Translations under genes and position numbers: made by a program
The notes under the pieces: model-generated
What the model was told of the DNA's origin: nothing
Seen by the model: the letters and a program-made list of their open reading frames with translations, nothing else
Database searches by the model: none
Assembly (NCBI GenBank): GCA_963845185.1
Contig: CAWJRG010000005.1
Location: 224,001 to 288,000, forward strand
Origin: an uncultured bacterium
GTDB lineage: Bacteria; Oederibacteriota; PGYV01; CAWJRG01
DNA: 64,000 bases
Direction of reading: 5' to 3'
Shown here: positions 50,608 through 59,323 of the stretch, in pieces
How the letters are laid out: the number at the start of each line of letters is the position of its first letter
Numbering within the stretch: the first letter of the stretch is position 1

Positions 50608-52068
50608 TTAAAACGCGTACTTTGCCGAAATCTGGGAAGCTATTGAGCCCGGCATTTTCAAGTTCAGGCTGCCGATATTGGCTACAGGAAGCCAGTCCGC
50701 ATTGATTCCGCCTGTAATCGTCGCGTCAATTGTGGCTGCTCCCACTTTGATTGAAACGCCGCCTGACATATTTACGGAATTGTTAAATCCAAAGTCCATT
50801 GTCATTTTTGGCGCCGGATTATGTGTTACCCCGCCGGTGACTGTCTGTGTTTGTTGCAGGCTGACGCTGTTTATCAAGTTCTTGCTCAAGCCGCCTCTTA
50901 CAACCAGCGCGTCATTGAGTTTTCCTTCTGCTGCAACATAAAGCGGTATGCTTACAACCGACATGTCAATTTCCTCATTGTCCACAACTGTGCCAGGATT
51001 TACCAGCGTATACTTGTATGTTTCTTTTGCTGATGCATAATCAATGGCTAATCCCGGAATTAGTGTCACTTTATCATTTAAGGCAAGATTTGACCCAGCG
51101 CCGAAGTTTATTCCGATCAAACTGCGTGTATCGACTTCTTTATCATTGGTATCGAGCGCGCTTGTAAAATTTCCATCGTAAGGAAAATCACCATCAAGCT
51201 GCTGAGTATCTGTTGTCTGCATATTATCAAACGTAAAACCAAGGCCGACAATAATAGGAGCAACAATAGACGCAAGGTTTGCCCTTGCGTTTAATCCAAA
51301 ATCTATACCGGAATTTGATTGTAAGGTTTCCGACTGAAAAAGATCTTTGTTTGCGTAATTAGTATCTGTCCCTTTATTGTTGATCATTGGCAATGAAATT
51401 GAAATGCCTAAATCAACCATATGCACGCTTAAACCCAATCCCAGATTAATTGCCGTTGACCCGTTTGAAAAATTTTCAAGGGTTCCGTTATTGCCCGCCG
51501 GGTTTGTTAAACTGTTTTTTTCGCTCTGGGAACTGTCCGCAAGGCCCAGCATAATGCCTGCCGACATTACTCCCAGCCCAATATCCGGGATCTTCATCCC
51601 ATAAAGCAGCCCATAGGACCTGTCAGGCGTAAGTATTGTGTGCGGGTCCTCCCCAAGATTACTGGTAATAAACCCGGCTCCAAGGCTCATCATATTCGGC
51701 GGCATTAAGAGCGAACCCTTGTAAGGCAGCGCAAATACGCCAATCACGCTTTTCTCAAGACTGAGCGTGATATATCCGCTGTCCGGAGTTGTTACCTGCT
51801 GAATAATTGAAGCGTTAATACCGCCCCCTGTCATTTCGGTATACAGCAAATTAATCGTGCCCATTGTGTCCAGGCTTACCGAAGAATTTGAGTTTACTGC
51901 AATCAGGTCTTTGTAGTTCACTGCCTGGCCAGGAAATGTAGCGATTAAAGAATCATCAGAGCTTACCATCCACGCAGGCACGCCAAGCCCGGCTATTCTT
52001 GAATTCGTCGCAAAAACCATTCCGCAAAAAGCCAAAACAACCGCAATAACCAATAAAGTTTTTTTCAT
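50608..52068 (-). CDS. Putative outer-membrane beta-barrel protein
   Basis: Signal peptide, amphipathic strands, C-terminal SAKYAF; strong SD and own terminator. Confidence 0.72.
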   Translation of the reverse strand: MKKTLLVIAVVLAFCGMVFATNSRIAGLGVPAWMVSSDDSLIATFPGQAVNYKDLIAVNSNSSVSLDTMGTINLLYTEMTGGGINASIIQQVTTPDSGYITLSLEKSVIGVFALPYKGSLLMPPNMMSLGAGFITSNLGEDPHTILTPDRSYGLLYGMKIPDIGLGVMSAGIMLGLADSSQSEKNSLTNPAGNNGTLENFSNGSTAINLGLGLSVHMVDLGISISLPMINNKGTDTNYANKDLFQSETLQSNSGIDFGLNARANLASIVAPIIVGLGFTFDNMQTTDTQQLDGDFPYDGNFTSALDTNDKEVDTRSLIGINFGAGSNLALNDKVTLIPGLAIDYASAKETYKYTLVNPGTVVDNEEIDMSVVSIPLYVAAEGKLNDALVVRGGLSKNLINSVSLQQTQTVTGGVTHNPAPKMTMDFGFNNSVNMSGGVSIKVGAATIDATITGGINADWLPVANIGSLNLKMPGSIASQISAKYAF

Positions 52069-52199
52069 TGTTTCCTCCTTTTGTTTTGAGATAAATTACT
52101 TCAGGTCATTTTCTTTGATTCACACCTCCCTTCATAGCTTTAAATTCCTCTATTCCTTTTGGAATAAAAATATTACTGGCTAAGCCCCAGGGACTTTTA

Positions 52200-53159
52200 T
52201 TACAGCTGCAACTCAAGCGAAAGTATGTGTGTGTTGTCGAAAACACCCACGCCGTTCCAAAAAACCGGCCTGTATGTGTAATTAACTGAAACAATGCCGA
52301 ATTCAAACTGCGTAATGGACAGCCCTACGCCCAGTGATATAAAAGACGGTGATTTTAAATCCAGGTTCAAAGTGTATCCTGCCCTGAGAAAAAATATTTT
52401 TGCTACGCCGTCTTCAAGTCCGAACGCAACCTGGCCGGTGTCGTAAAAATCCTGGATATAATCAACATCCACAAGCAATAAATTATTTTTCTGCAAATCT
52501 ATCTTATAAGCCGCGCCGAGGCGCAGTGTCAGCGGCAGCGGTTCGCTGTCCTTTATCAGCGTTACCGGCATGCCTAAATTCTGGAGCACAGCTCCGAATT
52601 TAAGGTTTGAACCCGGCGGCGTAAGCTGGGCCCCCAGATCAAGAGCGTAAGCCGTAAGAGGATATATGCCGATATTCTCGTAAATTATTTTCAGGTTCAT
52701 TCCCACGTCAATGTTTTTATTGAAATCCCCGGGAAGAAAATAATCAAGCTTCGACGCATAGGTTCCCGCAAGCACAAAATCATAATAATTTACCGGCGCA
52801 TCGGTGGCATTTTCGTTTGATATTGTCGGCATATACCTGTAAACCCCTGAAATGCCCACTTTGCCTTCTACAAAAAAGTTTTCAAGGCTTTGCGCGTACG
52901 ATATATTGTGCACGCCAATATCGGCGAAAGAAAACCAGTACATGTACTGCATTTGTATTTTTGTTATATCGGCAATGCCTGCCGGATTGTAATTTATGGA
53001 TTCGACATCGTTGCCAGCGGCAGTATACGCGCTTCCCATGCCTGTTGCCCTGCCGCCGACCGCGACATTTAAAACGTCCCCTATTGTGGTGCCTGCGGCG
53101 TATATGTTGACGGATATGAGGATGATGGCCATGCCTGCGACTAATGTTTTAACTTTCAT
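52200..53159 (-). CDS. PorV/PorQ-family (FadL-like) outer-membrane barrel
   Basis: LNVAVGGRATGMGSAYTA..D....NYNPAG, LDLG, LPLTLRLG, LRAGY. Confidence 0.83.
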   Translation of the reverse strand: MKVKTLVAGMAIILISVNIYAAGTTIGDVLNVAVGGRATGMGSAYTAAGNDVESINYNPAGIADITKIQMQYMYWFSFADIGVHNISYAQSLENFFVEGKVGISGVYRYMPTISNENATDAPVNYYDFVLAGTYASKLDYFLPGDFNKNIDVGMNLKIIYENIGIYPLTAYALDLGAQLTPPGSNLKFGAVLQNLGMPVTLIKDSEPLPLTLRLGAAYKIDLQKNNLLLVDVDYIQDFYDTGQVAFGLEDGVAKIFFLRAGYTLNLDLKSPSFISLGVGLSITQFEFGIVSVNYTYRPVFWNGVGVFDNTHILSLELQL

Positions 53160-53228
53160 TTAAACTCCTTATCTTTAACTACCCGGTCTTAAGTATTTCA
53201 ATTAAAAATCTAAATTCTAGAATCAAAA

Positions 53229-53918
53229 TTATTTCAGTTTTCTGTAAAGCTTGAATAATTCCTTAAATGCCCTTAATATGACTTTTATCTTCGCGCCGGT
53301 CTGTGCTCCTGCCGTCCGCGGATAATGGTGAACTCCCACTTCCTTTATTTTATAACCCATCTTATTTGCCTTTGCCAGCAGTTCGGTTGAAATCATGGCG
53401 CCCTCAGCCTCAGGCTTTGCCCTGTCTATTATTTCTTTTTTAAAAAGCTTGAAAGCGCAGTCAACATCCCGCACCTTGAAACGGAAAAGCAGCTTAACCA
53501 TGGTGCCCCACGCGAAAGCGTTCAGCTTCCTCATAAAAGAATCTGCCCTTTTTATCCGGTATCCGGCTATGAAATCCGCTTCATTCGTGTATTTAGCGAG
53601 CTCTTTGATTTCATTGACGTCAAACTGCCCGTCGCCGTCGGTAAAAAATACCCATTCCAGCCTTGCGCCGTATAAACCCGATTTAACCGCTGCGCCGTAA
53701 CCCTTGTTTGTTTCGTGGTTTATGACCCTTATTTTGGGGTTTTCCTTTGCGAGCGCTTCGGCTATCTCGCGTGTCCTGTCCTTTGAGCCGTCATTTACAA
53801 CAATAACCTCATAGTCACTGCATATTTCAGAAAGGACTTTCGCTGTTTTTCTTGTGAGTGCCTCTATGTTTGCTTCTTCGTTATGCGCCGGAAAAAACGC
53901 TGAAATCTGCAAGCCCAT
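53229..53918 (-). CDS. GT2 glycosyltransferase (polyprenol-phosphate sugar synthase-like)
   Basis: PAHNEE, VNDGSKD, TDGDGQF, DVDCAFK. Confidence 0.9.
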   Translation of the reverse strand: MGLQISAFFPAHNEEANIEALTRKTAKVLSEICSDYEVIVVNDGSKDRTREIAEALAKENPKIRVINHETNKGYGAAVKSGLYGARLEWVFFTDGDGQFDVNEIKELAKYTNEADFIAGYRIKRADSFMRKLNAFAWGTMVKLLFRFKVRDVDCAFKLFKKEIIDRAKPEAEGAMISTELLAKANKMGYKIKEVGVHHYPRTAGAQTGAKIKVILRAFKELFKLYRKLK

Positions 53919-53952
53919 TATATTTCCACCTTAATTGAAAATTGATAATTAT

Positions 53953-55254
53953 TCACTTTTCTTTCAATATTATACCGCTTACTTCATTCGCAACCCTTAT
54001 GCTGTAGCTCATTCCCCTGTCCTCGGGATACACCTGGCTCATATTCGCTATGTACAGGTTTTTTACCGGCGTCCTGTAATCAAGCTTTATTTTCGAATAT
54101 TCCTTTTCAATCACAGGCTGGCTGAACGGCTCCCTGAACACCCTCCACTCTATAACGTCATTCGGGTCAAACTTGGGATTTATCTGCTTGAGGTACGCAA
54201 AGAAAATTTCCTTAACTTCCTCGTTTGGGGCCTTGTAAAGCGCGTCATCCGTTGACAGGTATTTTCCTAGGTAAATAATCACATTGTTGTTGTAGTGTTC
54301 CTTCGGCATGAAATTTGTATGCTCCACCGCCGCCACAAAAGGCGACTGCCTGTCGCCTATGTTCAGCCAGTATATCTTGCTCAATGATTTTTTTACGGCC
54401 ATGACAAGGTTCAGCGCGCCGTAATACTGGATTTTGCCCAGCCGCTCCATGTAGGCTGTGTCCGGGAATTCCACCATGTGTTTAATAAGAGCCGGCGCGC
54501 AGGTAAGGATGATTTTATCAAACTTGTATTCCCTGCCCCTTGCCTCCAGTCCGACGGCAGTTCCGTTTTCGATGAAAACCCTGTTGCCGGAAACTCCTTT
54601 TAAAATCGATACCCCCTGCTTTATATTGACGGATTCCAGCTCGTCTATGAGCGTTTGGAATCCGTCAAGAATATAGCCCAGGACTTCTTTTGTGCCTCCC
54701 TTTTCGCGCGAAGCAAAGCGCGCATGAATCCTGCCGTAAAGCCAGGCCATTGCGATATCTTTTGCCTTGTCGCCGAACTTCTGCTCAAGCAGAGCCCCCC
54801 ACACGACCTTATATACTTTTTTGCCTATATATTTTTCTATCCATTCTTTTACTGTTATCTTCTCGTATTTTTTCCAGTTTTTTACCCTGGCGAGGTATAC
54901 CGTCATTAACCCGAGCTTTATCCTGCTGATTATAGACAAAGGGGAAAACAGCATCAAGTCCATAGGCGTGGTAAAATTATGAATTTTCCCCTTATAGTAA
55001 AATCCGACTTTTGACTCTATCCACCAGAGTTTGTCGGTAAGTCCTAATTCGTCCACCAGTTTTATGATATCAGTATCGCTTTTAAAAATATGCCGGTAAA
55101 ATTTGTCGAGCCTTGATCCGGCGAGCGTGAAACCCTGCGCAAGTCCGCCAAGCTCAATGTTGGACTCAAAAATAGTTACTTTATGCCCGGCGCCCGAAAG
55201 CCGGTATGCCGCCGTAAGGCCAGCTATGCCTCCTCCGACAATAGCAATATTCAT
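53953..55254 (-). CDS. NAD(P)/FAD-dependent oxidoreductase (amine oxidase / protoporphyrinogen oxidase-like)
   Basis: IVGGGIAGL, LGGLA, C-terminal YPEDRGM. Confidence 0.88.
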   Translation of the reverse strand: MNIAIVGGGIAGLTAAYRLSGAGHKVTIFESNIELGGLAQGFTLAGSRLDKFYRHIFKSDTDIIKLVDELGLTDKLWWIESKVGFYYKGKIHNFTTPMDLMLFSPLSIISRIKLGLMTVYLARVKNWKKYEKITVKEWIEKYIGKKVYKVVWGALLEQKFGDKAKDIAMAWLYGRIHARFASREKGGTKEVLGYILDGFQTLIDELESVNIKQGVSILKGVSGNRVFIENGTAVGLEARGREYKFDKIILTCAPALIKHMVEFPDTAYMERLGKIQYYGALNLVMAVKKSLSKIYWLNIGDRQSPFVAAVEHTNFMPKEHYNNNVIIYLGKYLSTDDALYKAPNEEVKEIFFAYLKQINPKFDPNDVIEWRVFREPFSQPVIEKEYSKIKLDYRTPVKNLYIANMSQVYPEDRGMSYSIRVANEVSGIILKEK

Positions 55255-55388
55255 TATAAATTATGCTCCTCTTTGTTTTGAAATTTGTTGGCTTAGAGAA
55301 GTATATCACAGGAGTTTAGATAGTCAATTGCAAAGATATATTATAAGATTTTCTTTTGGACTTTTATTTTTTTGAACATTTAATTATA

Positions 55389-56069
55389 TTATTTGAGTTT
55401 TAAAGCAGGCTTTTTCCCCAGGATGTAAACCTTTACTTTTTTTCTTCCCCATCTCAACGCCTCAGGCGTGCTGTTATAGCAAAGGTCTATCCTTTTGCCT
55501 TTTATATCTCCCCCTGTATCGCCTGCCCACGCGAAGCCGTACCCGTCCACGTATATCAGCGACCGCAGGGGTATTACCCTGGGGTCCACGGCCGCAATGC
55601 CGTATCTCGCCCTCCAGCCAAGGAATGTAGTGCCTGCCCAGTCAAGCTGTCCCGAATCCGGGTAAGGGTCATAACCTGTGGCTTCCATGGTAAAGACGTC
55701 ATGCATGTAAGTGACCTGCGGCGCGTTTATCGGGCATTTTTTGTCTGATGCGCCCCTTATCAGATAAGCTTCTTCCGGCTTTTTTAATATGCCTGTTTCG
55801 AATTTCTCGGCGCTTTTTAAGATTTTCCCGGCAAAAGAAAATTTCTCCTTTACCGCGTTTTTATATCCTTTCACGCCTTCTTTAATCCATATCAGCCAGC
55901 CCTTCTGCGCGTAATTGCTTTTTCTTTCGTTTACCTTGAATTGTATATATTCCTTTTCCACAGAGGAATATTTATTTATCCCGAAAGAAAAAATTACCCC
56001 CAGGAACCACGCGCAAAAAAGAACCACAGCTGTTATTTTCATTGTTTCAAGGTATTTCCCCGTTGTCAT
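55389..56069 (-). CDS. Membrane-anchored 3D-domain (MltA-like) protein
   Basis: MEATGY, AVDPRVIPL, DTGGDIKGKRIDL, WGRK. Confidence 0.88.
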   Translation of the reverse strand: MTTGKYLETMKITAVVLFCAWFLGVIFSFGINKYSSVEKEYIQFKVNERKSNYAQKGWLIWIKEGVKGYKNAVKEKFSFAGKILKSAEKFETGILKKPEEAYLIRGASDKKCPINAPQVTYMHDVFTMEATGYDPYPDSGQLDWAGTTFLGWRARYGIAAVDPRVIPLRSLIYVDGYGFAWAGDTGGDIKGKRIDLCYNSTPEALRWGRKKVKVYILGKKPALKLK

Positions 56070-56080
56070 TTATATCTCCC

Positions 56081-56243
56081 TGCAAGAGTTTATTTTGCAA
56101 GCCTTCAGGGCGCAGCAAAATATTACTCTTGCATGCACCCGCTCAAGTCCGAGGCCTTCAGGCCGAGAGTCAAATAGTCCAGTGGACTATTTGACGGGTA
56201 GTTTCCGTAAATTATTATCATATAAAACTACCCTAAAGCGGTG
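56081..56243 (-). repeat. Family A double hairpin carrying element B (3D-gene leader)
   Basis: tgcaagag-taa-tattttgc..gcaaaata-aa-ctcttgca directly followed by GGGAGA SD. Confidence 0.92.
56167..56234 (+). mobile_element. Element B inserted in family A repeat
   Basis: gtcaaatagtcc-agt-ggactatttgac gggtagttt..aaactaccc. Confidence 0.72.
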
Positions 56244-56269
56244 ATATTATATTCCCGTCTTAAAACTCT

Positions 56270-59200
56270 TTATTGCCTTATCAGAAATATTTTCCCGAGA
56301 TAATTGCTTTTATTGTTGTCCCATGATATCACAAAATAATAAATTCCTGCTGAAACATCGATATTGTAAGCGTTCTTACCGTCCCAGTCAACATGCGAAT
56401 TGATTTCCTTGAAAGACTTCACTTCCTCCCCCGATACCGTGTAAATCAGCACCTGCGAACCCGCCGGAAGATTGTCGAATTTGAGCCTGTGATTATAGGC
56501 TGTGTTCGGGTTAAACGGGTTCGGGTATATGACTATGTCCCCTACGCTGATAGTCAGCGAACCGCATATAAAATTCCTGTCCTGGTTAAAAGCGACATCA
56601 TGATACGATCCTGTCAGGCCGCCTATTGTTATGGTGTCGCCTGTCACCAGGTTATTGCTCGTCTGCAGGGTAAAATATATTGTTGTGCTTCCGCCTGCGG
56701 CCAAATTGCCCACGTCATAACTGAAGACATTGCCGTTAAGTGTCCAGCCGGCATTTCCCGGGTCAGTTGTCGAAAAGCTTGTATTCGCCGGCAGGGTGTC
56801 CCAGATTATCACGTTTGATGCCTGTGAACCCGGATTTGTTATAACAACCATAAGCTGCACGGGCCCGCCGGGCATTGTTGAGTAATTCACTGCCTGCAGT
56901 ACCATGGTAGGCATGGCAGGCACCGGCGATGGTGTTGCGGTAACCGTAGCGGTATCTGTAACCGTATAGGTCGCGGTGGAAGTCGGGGTTATTGTTGCAG
57001 TCGCTGTAATAGTAGGGGTATTTGTAGCTGTATAGGTTGCGGTGGAAGTAGGGGTTATTGTATATGTTGGAGTTATTGTCGGCGTATCCGTGGGCGACAA
57101 TATCGGCGTATTGGTGCTGGTCTGCGTAATTGTAAGAGTTGGCGTATCCGTAACTGTATTTGTGTATGTTGCCGTCTGTGTAGAAGTGTCTGTACCAGAA
57201 GGCACAGGTGACGGAACTATGCACGACACATTGAATATTGTCTGGTTTGAGAATATAGGCGCGCCAGTACCGGATAACCCGCCCACATTCGTGAAACTCT
57301 GGCTGCATGCATTCGTAGTTGCCCACCATGTGTATGAGCCGCTCTGGTCTCCCACAGTTCCCAGGTTCCAGCTGACCATTGGACTTGTAGTTCCTGCGGC
57401 CGGATTTGAACCTGAGTATGTCAATCCTGTTGGTAAGGTATCGTACAATACCGCGTTTGCCGATAAACTCGTTGGCGATGACAGGGAAAAATTATTATAT
57501 GAGTCCTGCGTTGTGCCGTCATTGTTATTGCCCTGCTCGCCCAAGCCAGGCCTCCAGTCTGAACTGTTCCCGCCGTGGTCAGGGCATTCCCAGTTTGGGT
57601 CTGTGTTTGATGTGGTATCGGTCCAATCTAACTGGTATGCAGTGGGCTCTGCCGTATTCACCGGCCATATTTTTGCCTGGAAACGAAATCCGTTATTGCT
57701 AACCAGTATTTTTATCCTGTACCATGTATTGCCCGTTATTACAAGACTTCCCGGATTCACATTAGCCGGCCAACTACAGCCTCCGCCGCCGCATTTTTGT
57801 ATGCCAACATATCCGCCAGCTGGAAAAGTGTCTATTGATAAAAGTAATGAATACGCGTACCCGGCAGCGCCGGACTTCCCGTTACTGCGGATTGTTATGA
57901 GGGCGTCTGAACCAACAAAATTACCCGGGTTTATCATTACATCTGATTCTATTATCCCTGAATCGCAAAGCTGTACGTTGTCCGTGTTTCCTGAAGCGTC
58001 ATCCAATAGCAAAGAAGGGTATTTTGATGCGCTTGATACGCTGCCTGTTATTATTTTATCTCCTGTATTGCAAGCGTCGCTTATTGTCCATGTTCCATAC
58101 TGCCCGCTGCCGTTGCCGTCCGGAATCATTTTCCATCCAGGCGGCGGCGCTGCAGGGTTCGTGTAAGCGCCCAAATTATTGTCGTCAAACGTCCTCACTG
58201 CCTTCAATGAATCGCCGCTTATATTGTAGTTTAAATAATAAGTTATTGTTACCACGTCGGTCGGCGCTTTTACAAAAGTGCTTACGCTCTGCAATTTCGT
58301 CAGCGACATAGCCACATTTCCCACTGTGATTGAAGTTGATGCGTTGCTGTTGTTTGACCCGCTTGTGCCGGTGGCAGAGTTTGTCACGACTATACCCGGA
58401 GCTATTGCCGTGGACATGCTCAGCAGCATCCACACGCTGCCTGTAGCTGTGTATACCGAGCTTGGGAATGTCCATACGATGTTGCCTGATGTCGAGCCTA
58501 CAGGCGGCGCGGTTACAGTGCCTGTGCCGGGCATGGGGTTCGGGCCGTAATCTACCAGCGCCAGGCTGCCCCCGCCAGGTATGGCGTCGGTTATTTGCAA
58601 CGGGCCGTTTCCGTATGTATAATTAATTGAAAAAAATACCAGGTCTCCCACGTTCTGGAGCGTGCCCTCCACGCTCTTGGAAATGCTTACCGTATCCAGC
58701 GGCGGGATTGGAAGCGGCATAGTCAGTGTATATTGGCTCGAGCTGCATAAGCCTGTCCAGTCGCTGCCCTGCATCTCGTAATTTTTGCATCCTACATGCA
58801 GGTATAAACTGGTCGCGCTGCATCCTGCCTGGCCCAGTTCGCTCGGCTCCGGCATTGTAAGGTTGAATTGCTGCGTAAGAATTGCGCCGTCATCTGAACC
58901 AGAACCGCATGTCATGCATGTAAGCGTGACGCCATACCCCGGTCCGGTACCTGCAGATATTGCTATGCCTAACGAGCCTGATGTCGGATTCGTGGTATGC
59001 GCGTCAATGCCGCTGTTGCTGACAAGGAATACCTGGCCGCCTGTGTTGGGCGGAATAAAAGACGAGTTGGTCCCTATGGCAATTGCCATGACTGCCGGAT
59101 TGACATATTGTCCCACGCAATACTGGATTGTGATGTTGAACTGCTGTCCCCATCCGGGATTTGTAGGATTTATGCTGACCGAAACAATTGAAGGGTCTCC

Positions 59201-59296
59201 CGCGTATGCTGCGTCCGCGTAAAAAAATATTGATATCATTAACATAAAAAATAATAATATTTTATATTTCATCATTCCTCCCGGACTTGCTTTCAT
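56270..59296 (-). CDS. Secreted DUF11/lectin-like, Thr-rich surface protein with YPNP/FlgD-Ig sorting domain
   Basis: Same architecture as 27660-32609; C-terminal IYPNPFNP..WDGKN..GIYYF. Confidence 0.85.
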   Translation of the reverse strand: MKASPGGMMKYKILLFFMLMISIFFYADAAYAGDPSIVSVSINPTNPGWGQQFNITIQYCVGQYVNPAVMAIAIGTNSSFIPPNTGGQVFLVSNSGIDAHTTNPTSGSLGIAISAGTGPGYGVTLTCMTCGSGSDDGAILTQQFNLTMPEPSELGQAGCSATSLYLHVGCKNYEMQGSDWTGLCSSSQYTLTMPLPIPPLDTVSISKSVEGTLQNVGDLVFFSINYTYGNGPLQITDAIPGGGSLALVDYGPNPMPGTGTVTAPPVGSTSGNIVWTFPSSVYTATGSVWMLLSMSTAIAPGIVVTNSATGTSGSNNSNASTSITVGNVAMSLTKLQSVSTFVKAPTDVVTITYYLNYNISGDSLKAVRTFDDNNLGAYTNPAAPPPGWKMIPDGNGSGQYGTWTISDACNTGDKIITGSVSSASKYPSLLLDDASGNTDNVQLCDSGIIESDVMINPGNFVGSDALITIRSNGKSGAAGYAYSLLLSIDTFPAGGYVGIQKCGGGGCSWPANVNPGSLVITGNTWYRIKILVSNNGFRFQAKIWPVNTAEPTAYQLDWTDTTSNTDPNWECPDHGGNSSDWRPGLGEQGNNNDGTTQDSYNNFSLSSPTSLSANAVLYDTLPTGLTYSGSNPAAGTTSPMVSWNLGTVGDQSGSYTWWATTNACSQSFTNVGGLSGTGAPIFSNQTIFNVSCIVPSPVPSGTDTSTQTATYTNTVTDTPTLTITQTSTNTPILSPTDTPTITPTYTITPTSTATYTATNTPTITATATITPTSTATYTVTDTATVTATPSPVPAMPTMVLQAVNYSTMPGGPVQLMVVITNPGSQASNVIIWDTLPANTSFSTTDPGNAGWTLNGNVFSYDVGNLAAGGSTTIYFTLQTSNNLVTGDTITIGGLTGSYHDVAFNQDRNFICGSLTISVGDIVIYPNPFNPNTAYNHRLKFDNLPAGSQVLIYTVSGEEVKSFKEINSHVDWDGKNAYNIDVSAGIYYFVISWDNNKSNYLGKIFLIRQ

Positions 59297-59323
59297 CCTG
59301 ACACCGCCAAAAAATGACTAAAC

